DNA of 64,000 bases from Candidatus Levyibacteriota bacterium (lineage in GTDB: Bacteria; Patescibacteriota; Microgenomatia; Levybacterales; UBA12049): contig JAJDCH010000002.1 in the NCBI GenBank assembly GCA_029260905.1, positions 15,546 through 79,545 on the forward strand, given 5' to 3'. A model generated the notes under the pieces. The model saw only the letters and a program-made list of their open reading frames with translations, searched no databases and was not told the DNA's origin. Within the stretch, counting starts at the first letter, position 1; each line of letters opens with the position of its first letter. The translations under genes and the position numbers were made by a program. Below, piece by piece: positions 35,501 through 45,229 of the stretch.

Positions 35501-36229
35501 TTATATCTTCTCAGCTTTTGATTTTATTATCAACCTTTTCCAGGTTGTACCAGGCGGTGTACATGTAACAATTGTTAGATAAGAGCCGTCATATTGTTGA
35601 GTTAGATACGAGGTGTCTTCGGCATCAGTAACTGAGATATCAAATATTTTGTAATTATAAATTTTTCCATCTGATGAGACCTGAATATCATCGCCTGGTT
35701 TTACGCTATGAATATTGGCAAAGATCGTTTTATAGTTTTTTGGATCAAAAAGCTGTGGAAGGGTTGAGTGACCAAAAATGACAGATGTGCCACGATTTGG
35801 GGGTATAGCAGTTCCTGGAAAATTGACAAGATTGGAGGAAAGGTCAAGATTAACGGTTGAAGCTATTACATCTTTTATGCCGATTGATTCAATAGACAGA
35901 TAAAAAAACGATACATTACTTTCCTCCTCTTTTTTATGTGACGGTGGTAACCAGTTAGGATTGCCATTAAAATTAACACTTGAGATAGATTCTGCTGTGG
36001 TTTCAAAAAAGCTTTTTATAGAGTTTTTTGAAAGAATAAATTTTTGTGGGATAGGTGATGTATAAGTGCTGCTAGCAAAAGCAGGTTTTACGTAAAGTTC
36101 CCATGAAAGAATTGGAAACATCACATAAAGTCCGAAAAATAGACCAAGAAGTGAAATACCAAGTCCGCCAAGCCTTATTGTTTTTTTGATTTTTTTGGTG
36201 TCTGCTTTTTTGTAAACTTTTTTAATCAT
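35501..36229 (-). CDS. Sortase (transpeptidase)
   Basis: N-terminal TM anchor, His in IFGHSTL, the TLxTC motif LTIVTCTP with the catalytic Cys, and a conserved Arg (WKRL). Confidence 0.8.
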   Translation of the reverse strand: MIKKVYKKADTKKIKKTIRLGGLGISLLGLFFGLYVMFPILSWELYVKPAFASSTYTSPIPQKFILSKNSIKSFFETTAESISSVNFNGNPNWLPPSHKKEEESNVSFFYLSIESIGIKDVIASTVNLDLSSNLVNFPGTAIPPNRGTSVIFGHSTLPQLFDPKNYKTIFANIHSVKPGDDIQVSSDGKIYNYKIFDISVTDAEDTSYLTQQYDGSYLTIVTCTPPGTTWKRLIIKSKAEKI

Positions 36230-36231
36230 AT

Positions 36232-38550
36232 TTATTCCTGAGCGAAAAGTGAGACATTAATGTTGTTTGGAAGTGTTGGAAAAAGAGAGGTTAAAAAAAG
36301 AAGATTAGGAGTGTATTTTATTTCTGCTTTTTCGACTTGTGGAAGAGATGTCAGCATATTTTTTATTTCTTTTGCTGATCTACCTTTTATTTTTTTGACT
36401 ATCTCAGTGGTATCAATTTTGGGAAGAAGGCCTGCGTTAATATCAAGAGCTGCTGCTACTTCACCATCTTCTCCTGCTTCAGGTTCTGTTATTCTTGTTT
36501 CAAATTTATTATCAGCAAAGCTTATATCATCAGAGTATTCTTTTTTGAGAATTGCTTTTGAAAAATCAGTTAGTTCTGATTGGTTGTAAGCTATTTCTTC
36601 AAATACCACAGTTGCTGTTAATTTTACCTTTCCTGTTTCGTCATCTTCTTCTTTGTCAAACTTTTCTTTTTCCAGTGAGGAATTTATTATGACAGGAAGG
36701 ATTTTCTCATCGCCGCCTATTTTTTTGCTCAGCTCTTCAACAGCTTTTTCAGATAGGCTTTTGGGAAGATCAGTTCTTAATTTTTTGATATCATCTGCGC
36801 TAACAACGGTTACAGTTTTTTTGGTACCGTTTGAGAACGCAGATCCGTTTCTGGCTGCAAGATCTGAATTATTCCCAATTGTAAATCTAGTACCTGATGG
36901 AAGATTGCTATCGGTTCCTATTTCCTCTGCTACCACATCAACATCTTTGGTGCCGGGTTTGGTTCCTGAAAAGACATCACCTGTTGCTGCATCAATTTCG
37001 ATATCATTCTGAGTTACAAAAACAAGATCATTACTTGATGTGAGTCTCGTTCCGCTTGATATAGATATATCATCATCAGAATTGTTGTAAACAGTAACTT
37101 TTCCTTTTGCTTTTTCACCAACATCTTTTTTACCTGTTGTGTTTACTTCAAGTTCCCCATCAATTGCAACAGTTACACTTTTTCCAGCAATTATATTTTC
37201 AGAAAAGTTGGTACCTGATGCAGTAGAAAATATAACCTTTTCAGATGTTTCTACAATTTCTGGTTTAACTGATAAAACAACCTCAGCTTTTGTATTGAAG
37301 TAATAAAATAATGTAAATCCAACAAAAACAATAAGAATTCCAATTATTGCTAAGATTGGCATTAGCAAGCCTTTTTTTTCACGTAGGTTTGTAATTTTTT
37401 CAAAAACACCTGATGGTTTTATTGAACCCAAAAATGCGAGTGAATTTTCAACCATATTTTTAAATCCTATCTTTGATTCATCGTTGGTTGGTTCTTCTTC
37501 ATCATCATCATATTCAAAAGAACTCTTATCAGATTCCCTTTTGGGACCATGAAGATTCATAAGGGGCATGGAGTCATCATCTTTTTTTGCAGGAATGATA
37601 TCATCTTCTTTTTTTTCATGTTGTGGGATTACGCCAACTCCATCTTTTGCTACGTCTTTTCCTAGGACAAAGCCAAAATTACCTCCACCTTCTGAGATGT
37701 CATTTGTTTTTAATTCACCATCTGGATTTTTTAATTCATCTTCAGGTTCAATTGATGTTGAAATGTCAGGTATTTTTTCGGAAAGATTTGAAACAGTAAG
37801 CCCCATCTGCTCACTTGCGCCAAAAGTGACAGCTTTTATGTCGAAATCATATGCAAGGGCATTGACTTGAGGAACATGAAGAAAGGGAAGGGATTTACTC
37901 CATTGGTGCTTAGTAAATTCATGGCCGAGGTTTTTGTGTTCCTTGTTACTGTAGAGTATGACTCTTGCTGGGAGTACAGCAGTTGTGAATTCTTTAAGAA
38001 GCGTATCGGTGGTTGTGGCGGCGTTTTCTTCAAGTCCTCCTCGTGCTGTTTCAACTATTTTTCCTCCTCTATAAAGGGTTAATTTGACTTCTCTTTTTCC
38101 GACTTCTGCAAGAACTGCAGATAGAGGGGATCCTTCATCAGCTTGAAGCATGTGGGCTACAGCCTCGCTTATCACAAGAAAACCAACTGGTGTAAGTGAG
38201 AGAGCATCAGAGGCTTTTTTTAGCTTGTGTAGATATTCCTTTTTAATTTTTTTGGATTCATTGTCAATCCAATTATCTTTTACACCAAAAACTGTTTTGT
38301 GGGTTTGGATATCAGGTGGGAGAATCTCTTCAGCTCTACTTATGGTTTTATCGATAGTTTGTACAAGCTCATCTATTGTCAGGTTCTCAAGAGGCGTTAG
38401 GAGTTTTTCTTGATGGCGTGAAACGATTTCCGATTCGTTAAGATTTTTTTTGAGAATTACTGATTCAGCTTTATCGTCTGTGAGAAGAAGAACGAGGTAA
38501 TAATCGTCACTTCCTTTTTTTGATTTTAAAAATGGAATAGGCAGCTTCAT
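36232..38550 (-). CDS. Bitopic membrane protein (772 aa) with an N-terminal cytoplasmic domain, one TM helix and an extracellular S/T/G/D-rich C-terminal region. It is translationally coupled to the sortase gene.
   Basis: Single central hydrophobic segment (LLMPILAIIGILIVFVGFTLFYYF). Its stop codon overlaps the sortase start. Confidence 0.6.
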   Translation of the reverse strand: MKLPIPFLKSKKGSDDYYLVLLLTDDKAESVILKKNLNESEIVSRHQEKLLTPLENLTIDELVQTIDKTISRAEEILPPDIQTHKTVFGVKDNWIDNESKKIKKEYLHKLKKASDALSLTPVGFLVISEAVAHMLQADEGSPLSAVLAEVGKREVKLTLYRGGKIVETARGGLEENAATTTDTLLKEFTTAVLPARVILYSNKEHKNLGHEFTKHQWSKSLPFLHVPQVNALAYDFDIKAVTFGASEQMGLTVSNLSEKIPDISTSIEPEDELKNPDGELKTNDISEGGGNFGFVLGKDVAKDGVGVIPQHEKKEDDIIPAKKDDDSMPLMNLHGPKRESDKSSFEYDDDEEEPTNDESKIGFKNMVENSLAFLGSIKPSGVFEKITNLREKKGLLMPILAIIGILIVFVGFTLFYYFNTKAEVVLSVKPEIVETSEKVIFSTASGTNFSENIIAGKSVTVAIDGELEVNTTGKKDVGEKAKGKVTVYNNSDDDISISSGTRLTSSNDLVFVTQNDIEIDAATGDVFSGTKPGTKDVDVVAEEIGTDSNLPSGTRFTIGNNSDLAARNGSAFSNGTKKTVTVVSADDIKKLRTDLPKSLSEKAVEELSKKIGGDEKILPVIINSSLEKEKFDKEEDDETGKVKLTATVVFEEIAYNQSELTDFSKAILKKEYSDDISFADNKFETRITEPEAGEDGEVAAALDINAGLLPKIDTTEIVKKIKGRSAKEIKNMLTSLPQVEKAEIKYTPNLLFLTSLFPTLPNNINVSLFAQE

Positions 38551-38553
38551 AAA

Positions 38554-40401
38554 TTATCCGACTTTGGCATATATTCTCCTGAATCCGCGTCCCAAAGCAT
38601 CCTGCTTTATAATTTTAAATGATTTCACCTCTCCTGTAAATTCTACATGAGGTCCTCCACAGAACTCAATAGAATATGATTTTTCAGGGTTTTTGCTGTC
38701 TCCTCCTATAAAGTAGATTTTGGAGCTCTCGCCATATGTATCCATAAAGAGTCCGATTGCTCCTATCTCGTGTGCCTTGTCTGTAGGGATCATTTCAAAA
38801 TGAACAGGGATATTTTCTTTGATTTTTTTATTTACTACTTTTTCAAGCTTGGCTACTTCCTCATCTGTGAGTTTGCGATCAAAGTTAAAATCAAACCTGA
38901 CCCGTTCTGATGTGATATTGGATCCTGATTGGTGCAAATCTGTTCCAAACATATCCCTGAGGGCTGTATGCATAAGATGTGTGGCAGTATGTCCCATGAC
39001 TGTTTGTTTGGAGTGGTCAGCAAGTCCTCCGCGAAATTTTTTCTCAGCGCCTTTTTTGGAAAGATTTTTGTGTTCTTTCATTTTTTCAGCAAATTTTTGC
39101 TGATCAAATGAGTATCCCAGGTTTTTGATCTGTGTGGGTGATAGACCATGGGTTGTATAGATCACAAATGCATCCTCAGCTGAGATTTCTGTATTGCTCA
39201 TGAGCTCATCGCCTTGGTGTTTGTATTTTTTGATTAAAAAGCTTTTTGCCCTTTTTTGGCTATGTGCATATTTTTCTTGTTCTTCAAGTATGGTTCCTTT
39301 TATTTTTTCAAAATTTTCAACTAGATTAGGATCAGTTTGTTTGAATTGATCAACAATAGATTCGATAATATTATCTAAATTTTTACCACCCAGTTTATTG
39401 AAACTATCAACAGATCTTCTTATCAGTCTCCTGAGTATGTATCCCTGCTCTGTGTTTGAGGGATAGACGTTGGCATCAGCTATGAAGACACTTGAAGATA
39501 GGTGAGCTGAAATCATTCTCATTTCGCGTACGTTTTTCTCGTAACTTTTATTAGTTTGTTTTTCAATAGTTGTGATTGTGGGCGCAAAAAGTGATGTAAG
39601 GAAAACATCGGGTTGGTTTTCAGCTGCCATGAGAAGTCTCTCCACACCTGCTCCGTGATCAATGTTTTGTTGGGGTAGATTGGAAAAAGTTCCATTAGGC
39701 TGTTTCTTGTATTGCATAAATACGGTATTGCTGATTTCAAGATACCTTCCGCAATCGCAGTTAATATGGCACAGTGCGTTTTTATATTGGCTATTTTCAT
39801 GAAGCTTTAAGTCCTTGCCAAAATCATAAAATATTTCACTGCTTGGACCTCCTATTTCTCCTTCAGGCATATTTTCTGGAATTCCGGCTCTGGACCACCA
39901 GTTCTTGTGTGCATCATAATGAAAGATTCTGTTTGTAGGATTAAGCCCCACGTTTTCGAAAATTTCAGTCCAAACAGATAAGGCTTCATTATCTTGGGAA
40001 AATTCATTATGACCCCCAAAGATACTCACATAAAGTTTTTCTTGGTTAATACCCAGATCTTTTGTAATATATTCAAAAATCCAAGGCAACTGCTCTTTTT
40101 TAAAGTAATCTCCCAGTGACCAATTTCCAATCATTCGAAAAAAAGTCAAATGGCGATTGTCCCCAACCTCGTTGATGTCATCAAGCGCGCCTTGTCCGCG
40201 GAAAACATTCTGAACGTTTACAAATCTTTTACCCTCGGGATGTTTTTCTCCAGCAAGATAAGGTATTAGTGGTTGCATGCCTGAATTGGTAAAAAGCGTA
40301 GTTGGGTCGTTTTTGGGCACCAGAGGTGAGTTTGGGATTTTTTTATGATCCCTTTTTTCAAAAAATTTAATATATTTATCAACAATATCAAACGCAGTCA
40401 T
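38554..40401 (-). CDS. alaS: Alanine--tRNA ligase, short form with catalytic and editing domains but no C-terminal C-Ala domain
   Basis: FTNSGM, IGNWSLGDYFK and the editing motifs HTATHLMH and CGGPHV. Length is 615 aa. Confidence 0.85.
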   Translation of the reverse strand: MTAFDIVDKYIKFFEKRDHKKIPNSPLVPKNDPTTLFTNSGMQPLIPYLAGEKHPEGKRFVNVQNVFRGQGALDDINEVGDNRHLTFFRMIGNWSLGDYFKKEQLPWIFEYITKDLGINQEKLYVSIFGGHNEFSQDNEALSVWTEIFENVGLNPTNRIFHYDAHKNWWSRAGIPENMPEGEIGGPSSEIFYDFGKDLKLHENSQYKNALCHINCDCGRYLEISNTVFMQYKKQPNGTFSNLPQQNIDHGAGVERLLMAAENQPDVFLTSLFAPTITTIEKQTNKSYEKNVREMRMISAHLSSSVFIADANVYPSNTEQGYILRRLIRRSVDSFNKLGGKNLDNIIESIVDQFKQTDPNLVENFEKIKGTILEEQEKYAHSQKRAKSFLIKKYKHQGDELMSNTEISAEDAFVIYTTHGLSPTQIKNLGYSFDQQKFAEKMKEHKNLSKKGAEKKFRGGLADHSKQTVMGHTATHLMHTALRDMFGTDLHQSGSNITSERVRFDFNFDRKLTDEEVAKLEKVVNKKIKENIPVHFEMIPTDKAHEIGAIGLFMDTYGESSKIYFIGGDSKNPEKSYSIEFCGGPHVEFTGEVKSFKIIKQDALGRGFRRIYAKVG

Positions 40402-40466
40402 AATAATAATTATAGCACGAATTTATTCAGGCTGGACAAGTTGGTTTTTTGATGTTAACCTGAGAA

Positions 40467-40919
40467 ATGAAGATGAAAAAAATTCTGCTCATTCTTTTTT
40501 CTTTTTTATTTTTCTTCATTACAGCAGGGGAGGCGCGCGCGCAGATTTTTACAACCGAAAAGCTGATAACTGTTGATATCGGAAAGCAGAGGCTTTATGC
40601 ATGGGAAAATGGGCAAGTTCTGATGAATACAGCTGTTTCAACAGGCATGTATTACACGCCAACTGTTAAGGGAAGCTTCAGTATCTACAAAAAAATTCCT
40701 TTGCAGGATATGAGAGGTTATTTTCCACCATACGAACCATACTATATAAAGAATGTTCCAAGCGTAATGTATTTTTATGGAGCTTATGCAATTCATGGAA
40801 CACACTGGCATAGTAAATTTGGTTGGAGAGCATCCCACGGCTGTGTCAACGTACCGGTCACACAGGCTCAATGGCTCTATTCATGGGCTGATCAGGGAAC
40901 AAGAGTTGAGATTTTTTGA
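40467..40919 (+). CDS. L,D-transpeptidase (YkuD domain)
   Basis: Signal peptide and a catalytic HG...SHGCVN motif. Confidence 0.8.
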   Translation: MKMKKILLILFSFLFFFITAGEARAQIFTTEKLITVDIGKQRLYAWENGQVLMNTAVSTGMYYTPTVKGSFSIYKKIPLQDMRGYFPPYEPYYIKNVPSVMYFYGAYAIHGTHWHSKFGWRASHGCVNVPVTQAQWLYSWADQGTRVEIF

Positions 40920-40922
40920 AGT

Positions 40923-41667
40923 TTAGAGATCGTTTGGGTTTGATGGTGGGGTTAGATCAGGCTTTGGCTCTTTAAAGAGGCTACCGAATTCAGCTAGAAA
41001 ACTTTTTATTGTTGATCTGCGGGCAAGATCTCGCTCGGCCTTGGTTTTAACAGCAATCTCTTTGGCTTTTTTGAAATATTCCCCAAAGACAGGGATTTTG
41101 TCAGGATGGTTGTTTGTGTTTGTTATTTCTGCGCCAAAAACGAAAGGGCAAGTCAATAAGTAATTTGCTGCTTGATCGGCAGTTCTCCACATGCGGGAAG
41201 GACGTTTATCCAGGCTTTCTAAAGGAGTGTCATTAGGATTAAAATTTTTCCCATACTCATCAGGTTCTGATGTCAGTCTCTGATCGGCTGTTGTCATCAT
41301 TTGTCCATTTTTAAAAAACAAAAGATGTTCTGAGCCCTTTTCATCTAGGGGAAGAATATAGCCAATAAGATTTTCGCTTTTTAGTTCTCCTATATTCTGA
41401 ATTTCAAGTCCCTCAGTAGTCTGCGCTACTCTAGTTGATGGGGGGGGTTGTAGTAACCACAATGCCTCTGCCGAGGCCTTCGCGATCAAGTTTGTCGATC
41501 ATCTCGGAAAATCGTGCCAAGGCTTCTGTTTCAGACTCTCCATTTTTTGCCAAATCAGGATGAGCTGAAATATCTGGATAGCCTGGTTTAGCACCATCTG
41601 CTTTGCCTGATTGTCCCTCATCTTCTGTCATAATAAAATCATAGCAAATTTTTTTTAGTCTTGACAA
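40923..41667 (-). CDS. Hypothetical protein, apparently split by a frameshift at an 8-nt homopolymer into two overlapping ORFs (40923..41489 and 41431..41667)
   Basis: The two ORFs overlap across the G8 (C8 on the coding strand) run at 41440-41447. Removing one nucleotide fuses them in frame. Confidence 0.45.
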
Positions 41668-41689
41668 CTAGTTTGTGCATATGATATAA
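41661..41689 (+). promoter_or_regulatory. Sigma70-type promoter TTGACA-N17-ATATAA upstream of rpoB, giving a leader of about 125 nt
   Basis: TTGACA at 41661-41666 and an A/T-rich -10 at 41684-41689. Confidence 0.4.
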
Positions 41690-41814
41690 ACATATCAATT
41701 CTCCGGAATCGAAGGTACAAGGGCGAGAGCCCAGGTATCTCCTTTTTGCATGATTGAGCTTCTTTTGCCGCCATGTAAGTTGATTGGAGTCTGCCTTTAA
41801 TTTAAAATCTCAAG

Positions 41815-44800
41815 ATGCCAAAAAGTTCCATTGACTCGAATAAAAAAGAAGTTCTAAGACACAACTGGGGTAGGGAATATAAAAACGTTCCAACTCTTGA
41901 CCTTCTTGCAGTACAAAAAAATTCATATAAAAAATTTCAGGAAAAAGGAATAGAAGAAATTATTCAGGAGGTATCCCCGGTTGATGATTTTACGGGAAAG
42001 AATTGGAATCTGGTTTTTCATGATCACAAGATCGGTAAGCCTTCAATTGATCCAGAAACAGCACTTATTAAGGGGCTTACCTACAACTCTCCTCTCACAA
42101 TAAAAGTTACACTTACCAACAAGAAAACAAACGAAACACATAAGGCAGAGGTTTTTCTTGGAGATATTCCACAGATGACTGAGCGAGCAACATTTATCAT
42201 AAATGGTATAGAGCGCGCAGTTGTGAATCAGCTTGTTCGTTCGCCTGGTGTGTTCTTTACAAGTACGCAAGATCCCATTACTGGAAAGATGCTTTACTCA
42301 GCTGAGATAAGGCCAGTTCATGGATCATGGCTTGAATTCTCTACAACACGTTATGGAACAATTACAGTAAAGATTGATAGACGCAGGAAATTTCTTGCAA
42401 CGACATTTCTTCGAGCTCTTGGAATATCTGATAACGAAGCAATAAAAGAGAAATTTAAAGACCAAGAAAAAAGAGAAGGAGCATCTCTTATAGATAATAC
42501 TCTCCAAAAAGACGATACAGTTGATGAGACAGACGCATTGGTTCAGATATTTAAGAAAATGCATCCAGGAGAACCTGTTGTTCTTGATAAGGTTAGAGAA
42601 TATTTTACCAACTTGTTCTTCAATAATAGGAGATATGATTTGGGTGATGTCGGACGCTACAAGACAAATAAGAGGCTGTCTGTAGTTCCAGGATTTACTC
42701 CTTCAAAAGAAAGAGTACTAGCCATTGAAGATATTATTGCAGCTCTTTCATATCTGATGGTTCTAGAAACAGGAGATGGTTATGTGGATGATATAGACAG
42801 TCTTGCAAACAGACGTGTCAGAAGTGTTGGAGAGCTTGTTGCGATAAATGCTTTCAGGGTTGGAATGCTTAGAGTTGAGAGAAGCATTAAAGAAAGAATG
42901 GGGCTGCTTCAAGCTGATGTGCCAGTTGTTGTTGCAAATCTTATCAACGCAAGGCCAATTATGGCGGCAATTAATGAATTCTTCCGTACCTCTCAACTCT
43001 CAACTATCCTTGATCAAACAAATCCACTCTCAGAAATTGACAACCTTAACAGGCTTACAGTTATGGGAACAGGTGGTATTTCAAGAGAAAGAGCAGCTTT
43101 CTCAATTCGTGATATTAATAGTTCTCAGTATAGTAGAATTGATCCGATTAGATCACCTGAGGGACCAAATATCGGACTTGTTACTTATATGTCTCTTTAT
43201 GCAAGGGTTAATGATTTTGGATTTTTGGAAGCACCATATATAAAACTTGCCAAAGTAAAAAAGAATGGAAAAGAAGTAATGAAGATGACTGATGAAGTTG
43301 TATATCTTGATGCAGAAGATGAGAGAGGTAAGTATATTACTCATGCAGTTTTAGATTTTTCACCAAGCGGTGAGGTACTAAACGAGAGAGTTCCTGCTCG
43401 ATATAAAGGCGAGTTTAAAGAGGTCGAAAGTACAGTTATTGAATATATAGATGTTATTCCAAGACAAGTTATTGGAACATCAGCAAGCTTGATTCCTTTT
43501 ATTGCACATGATGAAGCAAACAGAGCCTTGATGGGAACGCACATGCAGTGTCAGGCAGTGCCGCTTATTAATCCACAAAGCCCGACTGTTGGAACAGGAA
43601 TGGAATCAGACATCTCAGCAGTTATGGGGCGTGTAGTAAGGGCGCCTTTTGAAGGAAAAGTCGAATATGTTGATTCAGATAAATTAGTTCTTAAGAGTAA
43701 TAAGGGAGAGAAAGAAGCATTTTCAATCAAAACTTTTGAGAGAACATCACAAGCAACAGCATACACTCAGCGCCCAATGGTGGTTGAGGGACAAAGGGTT
43801 GAAAAGGGTGATGTTATAATAGATGGACCCTCAAGTGAAAAAGGAGAACTTGCGTTGGGACAAAACCTTCTTATTGCATATTGTTCTCTTGATGGACTTG
43901 GATACGAAGACGCTATTGTTATCTCAGACCGAATGGTAAAAGACAATGCGTTATCCAGTATTCATATTGAAAAGTATGAAGCAGCTGTGGTTGAAACTAA
44001 GCTTGGACCTGAAGAAACAACAAGAGATATTCCAAATGTTTCAGAAGAAGATTTGGCAAACCTTGATGAAGACGGAGTAGTTGTTGTGGGATCAGACGTC
44101 GGGCCTGGTGATATACTTGTTGGAAAGATTGCGCCAAAAGGCGAGACTGAATTAACCGCTGAAGAGAGACTTCTGCGTGCGATATTTGGTGAGCAGGCGA
44201 GAGAAGTTCGTGATACCAGTCTTAGAACACCTCATGGTGAGCGTGGAACAGTTATAAATGTTCAGGTCTTAGACAGGAAAAATGGTGATGAGCTAGAGCC
44301 TGGTACAATGAGAAAGATTATCGTAGAGGTTGCTCAATTTCGTCACGTTTCAGTTGGAGATAAGTTGGCAGGAAGACACGGAAACAAGGGAATTATTTCA
44401 AGAATTCTTCCAATTGCTGATATGCCACATCTTGAAGATGGAACACCAGTTGATATAATTATATCTCCTGTTTCGATCCTTGCCCGTATGAATCTTGGAC
44501 AGATTCTTGAGGCGCATCTTGGGTTTGCGGCACAGAAACTTGGAATGAAGATTGGTGTTCCTGCTTTTGAAAAGATTGAAGAGGTTAGAATGACTGATCT
44601 TCTCAAGAAAGCTGGCCTGCCAGTAAGCGGTAAAGTTAAGCTGATTGATGGAAAGACAGGAAAACCATATGAGAATCCAGTTGTTGTTGGAATCGAGTAT
44701 ATAATGAAGCTTATCCACATGGTTGAGGATAAAACCCATGCAAGATCAACCGGTCCTTATTCGCTTGTTACTCAACAGCCACTTGGTGGAAAGGCTCAAA

Positions 44801-45222
44801 TGGGTGGACAGAGGCTTGGAGAGATGGAGGTTTGGGCGCTTGAAGCACATCGTGCAAGATATATCCTTCAGGAGATGCTTACTATTAAATCAGATGATGT
44901 GGTTGGGCGTGCAAAAGCATTTGAAGCGATTGTAAAAGGAACGGATATCCCAACACCAAAAGTTCCTGAATCGTTCAAGGTTCTTATTAAAGAACTTCAG
45001 TCATTAGGGCTCAATGTTGTTCCCCAAGGAGCAGTAGTTGAAGTTGAGGAAGTGGAGAAAAAAGAAGAAAAGACAGAAGAGATAAAAGATGTAGTTGAGG
45101 AATTTAAAAAAGCCCTTGACACAGAAGGGGAGGTAAAGGATGATGATTTATCAGAAGAAAAGAAGGAGTCAGCTAAAGAAAGCGTTGAAGAGAAAGTAGA
45201 AGAAGAGGAAGAAGAGGAATAA
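41815..45222 (+). CDS. rpoB: DNA-directed RNA polymerase subunit beta
   Basis: Conserved RpoB blocks throughout. Compact at 1135 aa. Confidence 0.95.
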   Translation: MPKSSIDSNKKEVLRHNWGREYKNVPTLDLLAVQKNSYKKFQEKGIEEIIQEVSPVDDFTGKNWNLVFHDHKIGKPSIDPETALIKGLTYNSPLTIKVTLTNKKTNETHKAEVFLGDIPQMTERATFIINGIERAVVNQLVRSPGVFFTSTQDPITGKMLYSAEIRPVHGSWLEFSTTRYGTITVKIDRRRKFLATTFLRALGISDNEAIKEKFKDQEKREGASLIDNTLQKDDTVDETDALVQIFKKMHPGEPVVLDKVREYFTNLFFNNRRYDLGDVGRYKTNKRLSVVPGFTPSKERVLAIEDIIAALSYLMVLETGDGYVDDIDSLANRRVRSVGELVAINAFRVGMLRVERSIKERMGLLQADVPVVVANLINARPIMAAINEFFRTSQLSTILDQTNPLSEIDNLNRLTVMGTGGISRERAAFSIRDINSSQYSRIDPIRSPEGPNIGLVTYMSLYARVNDFGFLEAPYIKLAKVKKNGKEVMKMTDEVVYLDAEDERGKYITHAVLDFSPSGEVLNERVPARYKGEFKEVESTVIEYIDVIPRQVIGTSASLIPFIAHDEANRALMGTHMQCQAVPLINPQSPTVGTGMESDISAVMGRVVRAPFEGKVEYVDSDKLVLKSNKGEKEAFSIKTFERTSQATAYTQRPMVVEGQRVEKGDVIIDGPSSEKGELALGQNLLIAYCSLDGLGYEDAIVISDRMVKDNALSSIHIEKYEAAVVETKLGPEETTRDIPNVSEEDLANLDEDGVVVVGSDVGPGDILVGKIAPKGETELTAEERLLRAIFGEQAREVRDTSLRTPHGERGTVINVQVLDRKNGDELEPGTMRKIIVEVAQFRHVSVGDKLAGRHGNKGIISRILPIADMPHLEDGTPVDIIISPVSILARMNLGQILEAHLGFAAQKLGMKIGVPAFEKIEEVRMTDLLKKAGLPVSGKVKLIDGKTGKPYENPVVVGIEYIMKLIHMVEDKTHARSTGPYSLVTQQPLGGKAQMGGQRLGEMEVWALEAHRARYILQEMLTIKSDDVVGRAKAFEAIVKGTDIPTPKVPESFKVLIKELQSLGLNVVPQGAVVEVEEVEKKEEKTEEIKDVVEEFKKALDTEGEVKDDDLSEEKKESAKESVEEKVEEEEEEE

Positions 45223-45229
45223 TTTAATT

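Noticed and set aside
41431-41667. Possible J-domain in the 78-aa ORF (an HPD tripeptide in ISAHPDLAKNGESETEALARF)
   Set aside because: The sequence preceding HPD does not resemble J-domain helix II (no KKAYRKLA-like segment). The HPD is probably coincidental, so the protein is left as hypothetical.
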